DNA from: an uncultured Lentisphaeraceae bacterium
GTDB taxonomy: Bacteria; Verrucomicrobiota; Kiritimatiellia; RFP12; UBA1067
Direction: 5' to 3'
Length of the DNA stretch: 64,000 nucleotides
Assembly (NCBI GenBank): GCA_964406095.1
Contig: CAYOQJ010000039.1
Span: 24,139-88,138, forward strand
Within the stretch, counting starts at the first letter, position 1. Every line of letters begins with the position of its first letter. The notes beneath the pieces were generated by a model. It made no database searches. It was not told the origin of the DNA and saw only the letters and a program-made list of their open reading frames with translations. A program made the translations under genes and the position numbers. Shown here piece after piece: positions 1-8,487 of this stretch.

Positions 1-261
1 ATATCGGTTATGTTCAGCAATCAGGCGGCAGCGGCGGTCACTTCGCTGATTCTCTGCAGCGGCATGCCCATCGCCGTATATTTCGGAATTCTGGCCTGGA
101 TTCCCGTGGTACGTTCGGAGCTATCCTGGCTGCCGTTATTGGTACATATCGTTGATTTTTCAACTGGACTTTTCTCTACCGGGGTGCTGCTTTTTTACGG
201 TGTTCTGACAACTTTCTTTCTGTTTGCCTCATCCAAAATGCTGGCTTTACTTAGATTATAG
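1..261 (+). CDS. C-terminal fragment of an ABC-2-type (GldF-like) transporter permease; 5' end lies outside the window
   Basis: Frame 1 is open from base 1 with no stop before the listed Met at 10. The sequence is hydrophobic and TM-like (GILAWIPVV, VLLFYGVLTTFFLFA). A GldG-like gene follows 21 nt downstream, as in gldF-gldG-type operons. Confidence 0.5.
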   Translation: MSVMFSNQAAAAVTSLILCSGMPIAVYFGILAWIPVVRSELSWLPLLVHIVDFSTGLFSTGVLLFYGVLTTFFLFASSKMLALLRL

Positions 262-282
262 CGATTAAGAGCGAAATTAGCC

Positions 283-1746
283 TTGAGTATCAATAACCAC
301 AGTTTAAAAGTCAAACCGCCGCGCCGCGGATTATTAAGGTTCACCTCACGTTTAGCCGTGCTGCTTGGTGTGGTATTCTCTTTTCTGGTAATTGTCGTCG
401 GCTTCTGGTTCAACTTCACATGGGAGATACCGATTGGAGAGGTACGGGTGGTATCTGAACGGACAAAGAACATTCTCTCTGAAACGCAGGGACGCATCCG
501 GATAATTTGCTTTATGGATCGACGTGATCCGATTACCCGCCCGACCGCCCGACTACTGCGCGGGTTGGCGTCCGCATCGCGTAATGTGGCCGGAGCCGAG
601 ATAGATATTGATTACGTTGATCCACGCTGGGACATGACGCGTGCAGCTCAGCTTGTGGCACGCGGCGTACGTGAGAAATCACTAGAGTTTGAATATCAGA
701 GGCGCAGGTTGGTGGTCGCATTGAATGATGCATCGATCAATGACCGCAGGCGTGGTTTTCGGGCGGAGCAGTTGTGTGCTTCAGCCATTTCACGTCTTGT
801 GCTGCCGCATCGGCAGCTGAAAATCTGTTACTTGCAGGGGCATGGCGAGGTTGATTTTGATGATTATGATCAATTCAGAGGATTTTCAGATATTGCGCAT
901 GATTTAAAACGCTACGGTTTTTTATTAGAGAAGCTTTCACTGGCCGGATTGCGTGAGGTGCCCGCTGAATGCGGCGTTTTGGTCATAGCTGGCGCACGTC
1001 GGGAGATGCCGGAGCAAGAGATTAGGCTGGTTGAACAATACCTTGACCGGGGGGGCTGTCTGTTATATCTTGCAACCAGCGGGGCTCGCAGCGGATGTGA
1101 GCCGTTACTGGGTAAGTGGGGTATAGCGATAACCGCACACGTGGCGGTCAGCGACAGGACTCTGACCGGCAACGATATTGTAATTTCTGATTTCGCGGAG
1201 CATCCGATCACCCGTAACCTGCGGGGTTCCTCGATTGTTATGGGTTTGGCCACTTGCCTGAATGTACGTAAAACCAGTGAGGCTGAAGACTCCCTCGACT
1301 TGAAACACAGCATGATGATTGCGCAAAGTGATGAGCAGGGCTGGGGCGAGATATATCCTGAAATCTTTCCTCGTCGCTACGACCCCTCGCTTGATCTGCC
1401 CGGCCCGGTCTGTGTGGCAGCAGTTGCGGAACGCGGTGTCGCAGTCTCGCGCGATGTCGCCTACAAACCCACGCGCCTCTGTGTTTTTGGAGATGTCGAT
1501 TTTGTCATGAACCGGGCTTTAACCGGACGTGCCAACGCCAACCGCGATCTGTTCATCAATGCAATCGGGTGGCTGGCGGGCGTTGATGTGGGCAGTGCTT
1601 CATCGGTTGGCGGTGATGCCACATTGGCCACTGGTTTTGACCGGCAGCGATGGATAGCCGCCATGTTCTGGTCGGCGCTGGCTGTACCTGTGTTTACACT
1701 GCTTGTTTTTCGTTTGTTCGCGGTGGCTCAAGGCGGACGGAAGTAG
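283..1746 (+). CDS. GldG-like auxiliary component of an ABC-type transporter
   Basis: 487 aa. It has an N-terminal TM helix (LAVLLGVVFSFLVIVVGFWF), a C-terminal TM helix (AAMFWSALAVPVFTLLVFRLF) and an internal YLQGHGE motif that I associate with the GldG family. The track gives a TTG start. Confidence 0.7.
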   Translation: MSINNHSLKVKPPRRGLLRFTSRLAVLLGVVFSFLVIVVGFWFNFTWEIPIGEVRVVSERTKNILSETQGRIRIICFMDRRDPITRPTARLLRGLASASRNVAGAEIDIDYVDPRWDMTRAAQLVARGVREKSLEFEYQRRRLVVALNDASINDRRRGFRAEQLCASAISRLVLPHRQLKICYLQGHGEVDFDDYDQFRGFSDIAHDLKRYGFLLEKLSLAGLREVPAECGVLVIAGARREMPEQEIRLVEQYLDRGGCLLYLATSGARSGCEPLLGKWGIAITAHVAVSDRTLTGNDIVISDFAEHPITRNLRGSSIVMGLATCLNVRKTSEAEDSLDLKHSMMIAQSDEQGWGEIYPEIFPRRYDPSLDLPGPVCVAAVAERGVAVSRDVAYKPTRLCVFGDVDFVMNRALTGRANANRDLFINAIGWLAGVDVGSASSVGGDATLATGFDRQRWIAAMFWSALAVPVFTLLVFRLFAVAQGGRK

Positions 1747-1755
1747 GGATGGTTT

Positions 1756-3624
1756 ATGGAAAACCGAAGAGTAATTATATTTTTTATTACCGGCATCATC
1801 CTCTGCCTTATCATTCTTCTGGTGGGTCGGGAAAACCGTCACTTTCTGGTGGCACCGGATAAAAGCTCAACCTACTTAGTCACAGAGGTGCTTGATGATG
1901 TCCGGTCGGTGGTTATTGAACACTCGGGAACACGCATTGAGGTTCAGCGCGTGGGCAACAGCTGGCGAATGACAGCTCCCATAGAGGCGAGTGTTGACAA
2001 CAGCATGATGAACCGTTTGATCAAAGAGTTTGGCAGCGCAACCATCAACGATGCGCTGGACTTTGATGAAATCGACAGGCGCGGCTTATCGATCAACGAT
2101 TACGGGCTTCATCCGGCTCGCTGTCGCGTCATGTTTAACCTAACCAGGCACAAATTGAGTTTTCTTTTCGGTAAAAAAACAGCATCAGGCACGGATGTTT
2201 ATCTGCGCAAGGATAATGTAAACAATGTTCTGGTGGTATCACGAACTCTCTATGACGCAATCCCGGCGGGCGTGGACGAGTTACGTTCACGCCGCTTGAT
2301 TGAGTGTGAGCGAAGTCTGGTCAACGCTGTGACCATCCGCCGTCCGGGACACCCCTTCATAAAGTTGATTTTGAAAGAGAATTCCTGGGTTATGGAGGAG
2401 CCGGTTTGCGCCAGAGCTTCACAGGAAAAGGTATATGATTTTATTGACAATCTCGCCGTCGCACGTGTGCGTGAGTTTATTTGGCCCTCGTTATCCAACG
2501 TAATGGATGTTGCTGAATATGATCTGGCCTTAAAAACCCGCAAAGCTCTCTACGGGCTTGATGATGATACTGGCACCACCATAACCATTCAGACGCTTGA
2601 CGGCAAAGGCGATGTCGCTCTGGTAGTTGGTCGCGGGGGCGGTAATAATGGAGATGGGGTTTATATTCTGCTGGATAACGGGCGGGCCATCGGAAAAATC
2701 ACAGGTAGCATCGCGCATTTGATTGATGTAACTGCGGTCAGTTTCAGGAGTATGCGTATATTTGACGCATTACCCGAGCCCGTTAAACGCTTGGATATTG
2801 TTGTTGACACCGAGGCCTTCGTTCTGAGCCGTACCAATCAGCTTTGGCAAATAGACTCACCTGCTTCAGAACCGGCTGATCAACAATTTGTACAGCTGAC
2901 GATCGATACTCTTCTTTCCATGAAGGCGGAACAGATTAGGAGTCACGCACATGAAGAAGAAGCAAGTGCCCGGAAGGCGGATGCCAGTTATATTGCGCTT
3001 GCTGTGGGGGATCAAACAATTGTAGCTTCAATTAAAAAAACCGACTACCGGGAAGAGCTCTATGAATTTGAGTTTGCCGATCAACCGGAGGTTTATTATG
3101 TGGCTAAATCAAATATGCCACCGGCTGTGATTGACAGCGCGGCACTGCTTGATTTTCGTGACAAAACCATACTGGCAATTCCTGAACAGGCTATTCAGCG
3201 CGTGACCCTCAGAAAATTCAACGAAACTTTTTTTGCCGCCGAATTTATGGAAGACTCCGGCTCATGGCATCTTGGTGCCGGTGATTTCCAAGGTCGGCTT
3301 AATCAGCAGGCATTCAGTCGCTTTCTGGCATTGCTGGCTGACCTTAAAGCCGACCGAGTTGTCAAGGTTGGTTTTGAAACTTCTGATCTGGAGTATTACG
3401 GTTTCACGACTCCATGGCTTGAGGTCACGCTGGATTTGAATCTGGATGATGCGATCAGGCGCAGTCTGCTGGTCGGACGTTCAGACGGCAACAATCTGCG
3501 TTATGTAATGGCACGCGGTGATCAAAGTATATTTTTGGTTGAAGAGCAGAAGCTGGCGCTGTTCACATCCAATTTGACAGTTCAGGAAGGAGCGCAACAT
3601 GGCGAGGAAGCTGGTAGTTATTGA
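1756..3624 (+). CDS. DUF4340-like membrane-anchored protein (typical partner of GldG-like genes)
   Basis: 622 aa with an N-terminal TM helix (VIIFFITGIILCLIILLV). It sits 9 nt after the GldG-like gene. The family assignment comes from remembered gene context, not from a search. Confidence 0.55.
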   Translation: MENRRVIIFFITGIILCLIILLVGRENRHFLVAPDKSSTYLVTEVLDDVRSVVIEHSGTRIEVQRVGNSWRMTAPIEASVDNSMMNRLIKEFGSATINDALDFDEIDRRGLSINDYGLHPARCRVMFNLTRHKLSFLFGKKTASGTDVYLRKDNVNNVLVVSRTLYDAIPAGVDELRSRRLIECERSLVNAVTIRRPGHPFIKLILKENSWVMEEPVCARASQEKVYDFIDNLAVARVREFIWPSLSNVMDVAEYDLALKTRKALYGLDDDTGTTITIQTLDGKGDVALVVGRGGGNNGDGVYILLDNGRAIGKITGSIAHLIDVTAVSFRSMRIFDALPEPVKRLDIVVDTEAFVLSRTNQLWQIDSPASEPADQQFVQLTIDTLLSMKAEQIRSHAHEEEASARKADASYIALAVGDQTIVASIKKTDYREELYEFEFADQPEVYYVAKSNMPPAVIDSAALLDFRDKTILAIPEQAIQRVTLRKFNETFFAAEFMEDSGSWHLGAGDFQGRLNQQAFSRFLALLADLKADRVVKVGFETSDLEYYGFTTPWLEVTLDLNLDDAIRRSLLVGRSDGNNLRYVMARGDQSIFLVEEQKLALFTSNLTVQEGAQHGEEAGSY

Positions 3625-4231
3625 ACTGACAATGGTCAGCTGTTCACTGCTGAAAACGCTCAGCGGTAAAGGTGGAGAAAGCTCGCATTTGGCGCAGAGT
3701 GCCCTGATCTGGCCGAGAGCCGGTATCGCCTCTCGTTTCAGTGCTTCGCGCATTGATCTTGATGCTGGTAAATGCGATCTCAGCACCGTTGCCTGGACGC
3801 GCAGGATTGTTTTTAAGGAGAGTGTGGAGTCTACCTTCGGTCTGAAGGTTGACATTACCGAAGCGGTTGGCGGCGAGGAGCTCGAAGAATTTTTGAGGTT
3901 TATAGCTGGCACGGTGATCGGCATCGGTGCTGATGTGATTGATGATGTGGTTGTAGTTGGCAAGCTTGCATCGGCGCCGCTCGACTATCTGGCCGCTAAA
4001 CTCAAAAAATTACCTGAGCCTGATGTGATTGCATCCGGCAGCATCGATTTAAACGCTGAAGAGATACCCGCCAATAATGGCAAACTGCTTAAAGTGGAGC
4101 TGTTTTCACCGCGCGAATTTGTGAAAACATCGCGCCGGACGGTGAACAGAAAAACGGTCACACAACGCAGGGTGCTGATGAGTGAAGCAGAACCGAACGG
4201 AGAGATTATTCTGAGCGCGCGTCGCATCTGA
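3599..4231 (+). CDS. hypothetical protein (210 aa), last gene of the ABC-2/GldG/DUF4340 operon
   Basis: AAGGAG lies 6 nt upstream of ATG 3599. The start overlaps the upstream gene by 26 nt. Amino-acid composition is balanced and I recognised no motif. Confidence 0.5.
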   Translation: MARKLVVIELTMVSCSLLKTLSGKGGESSHLAQSALIWPRAGIASRFSASRIDLDAGKCDLSTVAWTRRIVFKESVESTFGLKVDITEAVGGEELEEFLRFIAGTVIGIGADVIDDVVVVGKLASAPLDYLAAKLKKLPEPDVIASGSIDLNAEEIPANNGKLLKVELFSPREFVKTSRRTVNRKTVTQRRVLMSEAEPNGEIILSARRI

Positions 4232-4243
4232 AAAGCGGAGGTC

Positions 4244-5893
4244 TTATTTCAGGCCGGCGACCGCTTCAGCAATATTCATCGCATGTGCTCTGATTTTACG
4301 GTATGACTGTAGCATGTCGATGATGATAAGGGTCAGTTGCGGGGATGTCTCCGGCTCTTCGATTCGATTCAGATGTTCATCCCGATAACGCTTGGCCAAC
4401 TCTGTAATCTGGGTTCCATGCGAGGTTGCCTTTGTCATGATATCGCTGTTGGATGTCGCCAGTGCGTCACCAATCAACGCCAGATATTGTGCAACCTTGG
4501 CATGTAGCATCTTGATATTGAGCAAATCCTGGCGAGCCAGATTTGAATTTTCAGCCGCCAGTCGATCACTTAATTTCAGCAGGCTGATCAGATAATCGCT
4601 CACCGATTCGTATTCATCTGCTATTCTGAGCTGGCGGCGTCCTTCGGCAATAACTTCAAAGGGTAGATTTTTCTGCAATATCCTGCTGATAAACTCGACA
4701 ATCTCTTTCTGCATAACATCCAGAATTTCTTCACGGTGCAGCAGTTTTTTGCGTCTTTGCGGATCAACACGGGGGTTTTCGAGTTCATCTCCCATCCACA
4801 TCAGCATCTTCGCCACGCTGTCGCGCATCTTGAGTATGGCATTTCCTGACTCTTGCAGGGCGATGGAAGGAGTTTCCGCCAGACCTACATCAAGGTAGGT
4901 AAGGTGCGGCACTTCTTTTCTGAGTTTACTTGGAAACAGGAAGATAAGCAGACGGCCCAGCGTGTTTGTCAAAGGGAGAAAAAGCAACACAATTATCACA
5001 TTGAAAAGCGTATGTGACAACGCGATTTGTTTGCCTAGATCACCACTGATTGCATCAGGCATGATCCACCCCAGAAATCTGAGATACCAGTAGAAGAAGG
5101 GGAAAACAACCGCCACGCCGATGATTTTGATCAAAATATGAGCGTACGCGGTGCGCTTGGCCGGTGTGGAACCTCCCAGAGACGCGAGATAGGCGGTGAT
5201 GGTTGTACCGATATTCTGCCCCAGCACCAATGCCACCGCCGTGTTGAAGCCAATCACACCGCTGTTGGCCAGCAGAATGGTTATCGCGATAGTTGCGGAA
5301 CTGGATTGCATGACTGCGGTAGTCACCGAACCAACGAGTACACACTTAAAAAGTCCCGGATAAGTTGCCGGATTGAAACGCGAAAACCAGCTTATAAACT
5401 CGGTACTTTCTCGCAGTGGGCTCATGCCCTGCTTCATTACTGAGAGTCCAAAGAAGATCATGCCGATTCCCAGCATAAACATAGAGGAAAATTTAACACG
5501 TTCATTACGCGAAAAAAGATAGAAGAAACCGGAGACGCCTAGAATCAGCAATCCATGTTCAGTTACATGCAAAGCCACAATCCAGGCTGTGATTGTTGTA
5601 CCTATATCAGCCCCCAGAATGATACCGATTGACTGCTGTAGCGTCATCAAACCGACATTAACCATTGATATCGCCATCACGGCGGTTACAGAGCTTGATT
5701 GAATCAGGCAGGTTACCGCAGCGCCTGTGGCACATGCGCCGATGCGGTTGTCGGTGACAGTGGCAATCATCCGCCGCAGACGGTTGCCGGCGACCGCCTG
5801 CATACCGTCGGACATATGACGCATTCCCAGCAGAAAAACACAGAGGCCACCGATAATGGCTGAAATCATCTCAAAAATTTGCGCAAAACTCAT
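4244..5893 (-). CDS. Na+/phosphate cotransporter family protein with C-terminal PhoU-like helical domain
   Basis: 549 aa. The duplicated Na/Pi-cotransporter signature is present (QSSSVTAVMAI... and QSSSATIAITIL...). The N-terminal half is polytopic and the C-terminal third is soluble and helical. Confidence 0.85.
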   Translation of the reverse strand: MSFAQIFEMISAIIGGLCVFLLGMRHMSDGMQAVAGNRLRRMIATVTDNRIGACATGAAVTCLIQSSSVTAVMAISMVNVGLMTLQQSIGIILGADIGTTITAWIVALHVTEHGLLILGVSGFFYLFSRNERVKFSSMFMLGIGMIFFGLSVMKQGMSPLRESTEFISWFSRFNPATYPGLFKCVLVGSVTTAVMQSSSATIAITILLANSGVIGFNTAVALVLGQNIGTTITAYLASLGGSTPAKRTAYAHILIKIIGVAVVFPFFYWYLRFLGWIMPDAISGDLGKQIALSHTLFNVIIVLLFLPLTNTLGRLLIFLFPSKLRKEVPHLTYLDVGLAETPSIALQESGNAILKMRDSVAKMLMWMGDELENPRVDPQRRKKLLHREEILDVMQKEIVEFISRILQKNLPFEVIAEGRRQLRIADEYESVSDYLISLLKLSDRLAAENSNLARQDLLNIKMLHAKVAQYLALIGDALATSNSDIMTKATSHGTQITELAKRYRDEHLNRIEEPETSPQLTLIIIDMLQSYRKIRAHAMNIAEAVAGLK

Positions 5894-6106
5894 CAGCGGC
5901 TATCCAAAATCAGTGCGGGTACATGCAAAGAGGGTGCAGGTCAGTTCCGGCAAGTTACGTACGGAAATGTCGACCTGCACTATGAATTTAACAAAATTAC
6001 AATAGGCCGACAAGCAAAGCCGAACGGATTTGCCAAAACCGTGTGAATTGGCAAAGTAACTGCCTCCCGGTTGAAAACCTTTGCAGTGATCTCTTGCCAG
6101 GGGGGT

Positions 6107-8161
6107 TTATTTGATCAATCGATAAAAACGCCGGGCTGGCAGCGGCCCTGGATCGATGAAGGCGGCGGTTCCGTTCGATGCAGTTGTGACTGTGCCGAGT
6201 GCCTGCCATGATGGACTCAGCAGCGAATCACAGGCCTCTACGCTGTACTGTTGACCGGCTAGTCCGGTGAACTCTATCAGGGCGGTATCGCCGCTCTGCG
6301 CGACGGCTGTGGCGCGCATGGCTTGACCTTCGATAACTGTCAGCAGTGTGGGCAGTTGTGTGCTGCCGGCACCATTGGTGTTCTCTTGGCCCGGGGGGGC
6401 GATATCAAAACAGAATTTTTTCAGGTAACTTTCAATCTGATCGGTTGTAAAGAAGGGGTAGGCTCCTTTTACCAAGGCTGCCAGCCCGGCGACATGCGGT
6501 GTGGCGGCGGATGTGCCGGAGAAGGAGGTATTGTAGACCACCGAGGTTGCTCCGGACGGGGCGCACAAATCCGGTTTGATTGCGGCTGTGCCGCCGGTGA
6601 AGGCGCGGTTATTAGGGCCGAGTGATGAGTAGTAGTCGACCGGTCCGTCGGGGTATTTGTTGAAGTCAACTGCACCGACGGTCAGGGCTGCTTCTGCGTC
6701 GCCGGGTATTGAAATCGAACCGGGCGCGGGATTACTGGCGTTGTTGTATTGCCAGTAGTATGGATAGACAACTCCGTAGTAGCGCAGAATAAACTCCGGC
6801 TGCGTGCTGCTGCTGCCGCTGCCGCTATAGTGATGCACCAGGGCGGCATAGTAGCCGCTTTGCTCGGTGATATATTCCAGCTCTTCTGTCGGGTAGCTGT
6901 CGGCGTCACCGTTTTGATACCAGATACTGCTGGCTACATCATCCCACATGTCGGTGTTTTCATTGTAACGGTACAGATAGAGATCGTAGTCTTCGTTTGT
7001 GACCGGCCAGCGGTTCCAGCTCATCAGCAGCGAGATGTAGGCCCCTGCCGGGAATTCGGTTGTAGAGTAATCGTAGTACAGATCGTTGAACTCTGTATTT
7101 TGCGAATCCCAGAGCAGCACCTCGTCGGAGCTGCCCCAGTTGATCAAGGTGTGCTGAAGTTGCTCGTTGCCAGCGGCTATCACGACAAGCGTACCGGCTT
7201 CACGCATCGAATTGACAGCGGTAATTGGATGGTCGCTGATATCGGTATATGGGTTTGGATAGGCTATGCCGTCATGAAAGTTGATCACATCAAAGCCCAG
7301 TGAAAAGGAGACTATGTCAACTCCAGCGGTTGCGCAATATTCAGCCACCGCGCTGACATCGGAGATGTCGTCAACTTTGATAAGATGCAATTCGGCATCC
7401 GGTGCGATGTCATACACAATCTCGGCACAAGCCGAACCGTGCGCATCGGTATCGCCAATATCCGGTGCCGCACTGAAATTAACCGCCACATAATCAGAGG
7501 GCAGCTCCCCGTCGCTGATCAGGGTGGCCAGCGTAGTGAAACCGGTGTCAACCACCGCTACCTTCACCCCTGAACCGGTGAATCCAAATGAGTGCCAGAT
7601 GTCAGCGTGCGTAGCCAGCACTCCCTCGCCGACGTAGGCTTTTCTGCGCGGTGGGCGCAGGGCACGGATTGAACGAACCTGAGAGAGAGAGGCGGCATTG
7701 CGCAGCTGCGTCAGCGGCATACTCATTTTCAAGGTGTCCCTACCGGCGTGGTGAAATCGGGCTCCGCCGATGTTGAGTTGATCTCTCAGATCATTGAGTT
7801 GGTCGGGCTGGACTGCACGCACCACAACCGGAACATTTTCGCTGTCGCTGTCCGGCACAGCGCCGCTGCTACGTAAACTGGCCAGCGCGGCGGCAGTACC
7901 TTTTGTTTCGGCTAGTTCAAGAGCTTGCCTCAGACGAGGACCCAAACTACGGTTGTCCCTGATTTTCGTCTTTTTTGCAGGAATTTCAATCTGCCGGTAA
8001 GCGGCTTGTGCGAGCTTATGCGCCGGTCGTGGTTTGATTACCGTTACCGCCCCTCCGTGTTCCGGTTGCGGTGCTGCCTTAAGTGAAACGGCTGTGATAA
8101 AAATTGTGACGGCTGCAAAAACGCCGAGCGGCCTGGCAGAGTGATTGAAGTGCTTCGTCAT
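6107..8161 (-). CDS. secreted subtilisin-like (S8) serine peptidase with C-terminal beta-rich domain ending RRFYRLIK
   Basis: Signal peptide MTKHFNHSARPLGVFAAVTIFITAVSLKA. The catalytic triad motifs are Asp in VAVVDTGF, His in HGSACAEIV and Ser in GTSAATPHVAGLAAL. Confidence 0.9.
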   Translation of the reverse strand: MTKHFNHSARPLGVFAAVTIFITAVSLKAAPQPEHGGAVTVIKPRPAHKLAQAAYRQIEIPAKKTKIRDNRSLGPRLRQALELAETKGTAAALASLRSSGAVPDSDSENVPVVVRAVQPDQLNDLRDQLNIGGARFHHAGRDTLKMSMPLTQLRNAASLSQVRSIRALRPPRRKAYVGEGVLATHADIWHSFGFTGSGVKVAVVDTGFTTLATLISDGELPSDYVAVNFSAAPDIGDTDAHGSACAEIVYDIAPDAELHLIKVDDISDVSAVAEYCATAGVDIVSFSLGFDVINFHDGIAYPNPYTDISDHPITAVNSMREAGTLVVIAAGNEQLQHTLINWGSSDEVLLWDSQNTEFNDLYYDYSTTEFPAGAYISLLMSWNRWPVTNEDYDLYLYRYNENTDMWDDVASSIWYQNGDADSYPTEELEYITEQSGYYAALVHHYSGSGSSSTQPEFILRYYGVVYPYYWQYNNASNPAPGSISIPGDAEAALTVGAVDFNKYPDGPVDYYSSLGPNNRAFTGGTAAIKPDLCAPSGATSVVYNTSFSGTSAATPHVAGLAALVKGAYPFFTTDQIESYLKKFCFDIAPPGQENTNGAGSTQLPTLLTVIEGQAMRATAVAQSGDTALIEFTGLAGQQYSVEACDSLLSPSWQALGTVTTASNGTAAFIDPGPLPARRFYRLIK

Positions 8162-8487
8162 AATTTATGTTCCCATCGATATAAAGTAAGTAGGCCTTCC
8201 CCCACTTAAACTTGTCACTATCATACCACTTTGCCCGTATGCCTGGCAAACCAAAGCTGCGGACATGTCGGGCGGCGAGCAAAAGGGGAAGATTATTTTC
8301 ATATGCACATTTGGGTGAGAAAAGGTTTTCACAACCTTGACTCCACTTCAGAACTTGAATTGAATATGATCTATTTGGTGACGGATTGTAAATTAAATCG
8401 GAGATTGCTTTCAAAGCGGCATAAAACTATTATGTCGAGCGGAGAGTGGTTGTCACGCTGACGGTATGAAGAAGAAGGACAGGCTAC

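Noticed and set aside
3481-3963. 160-aa minus-strand ORF overlapping the DUF4340-like 3' end and the 210-aa gene
   Set aside because: The sequence is Ser/Thr/Pro-rich and low complexity with no RBS. The plus-strand alternative has AAGGAG at ideal spacing.
5934-5980. 9-bp perfect inverted repeat GTGCAGGTC...GACCTGCAC with a 29-nt loop between the S8 protease 3' end and the Na/Pi transporter start
   Set aside because: The repeat is real in the sequence. It lacks a U-tract on the minus strand and the loop is long for a terminator. I cannot distinguish an operator, an RNA structure or chance, so I did not call it.
8079-8461. ORFs of 111 aa (minus) and 76 aa (plus) in the protease / 1004-aa-gene divergent intergenic region
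   Set aside because: They overlap each other and the protease start. No RBS or motif was seen, so the region is more plausibly two divergent promoters.
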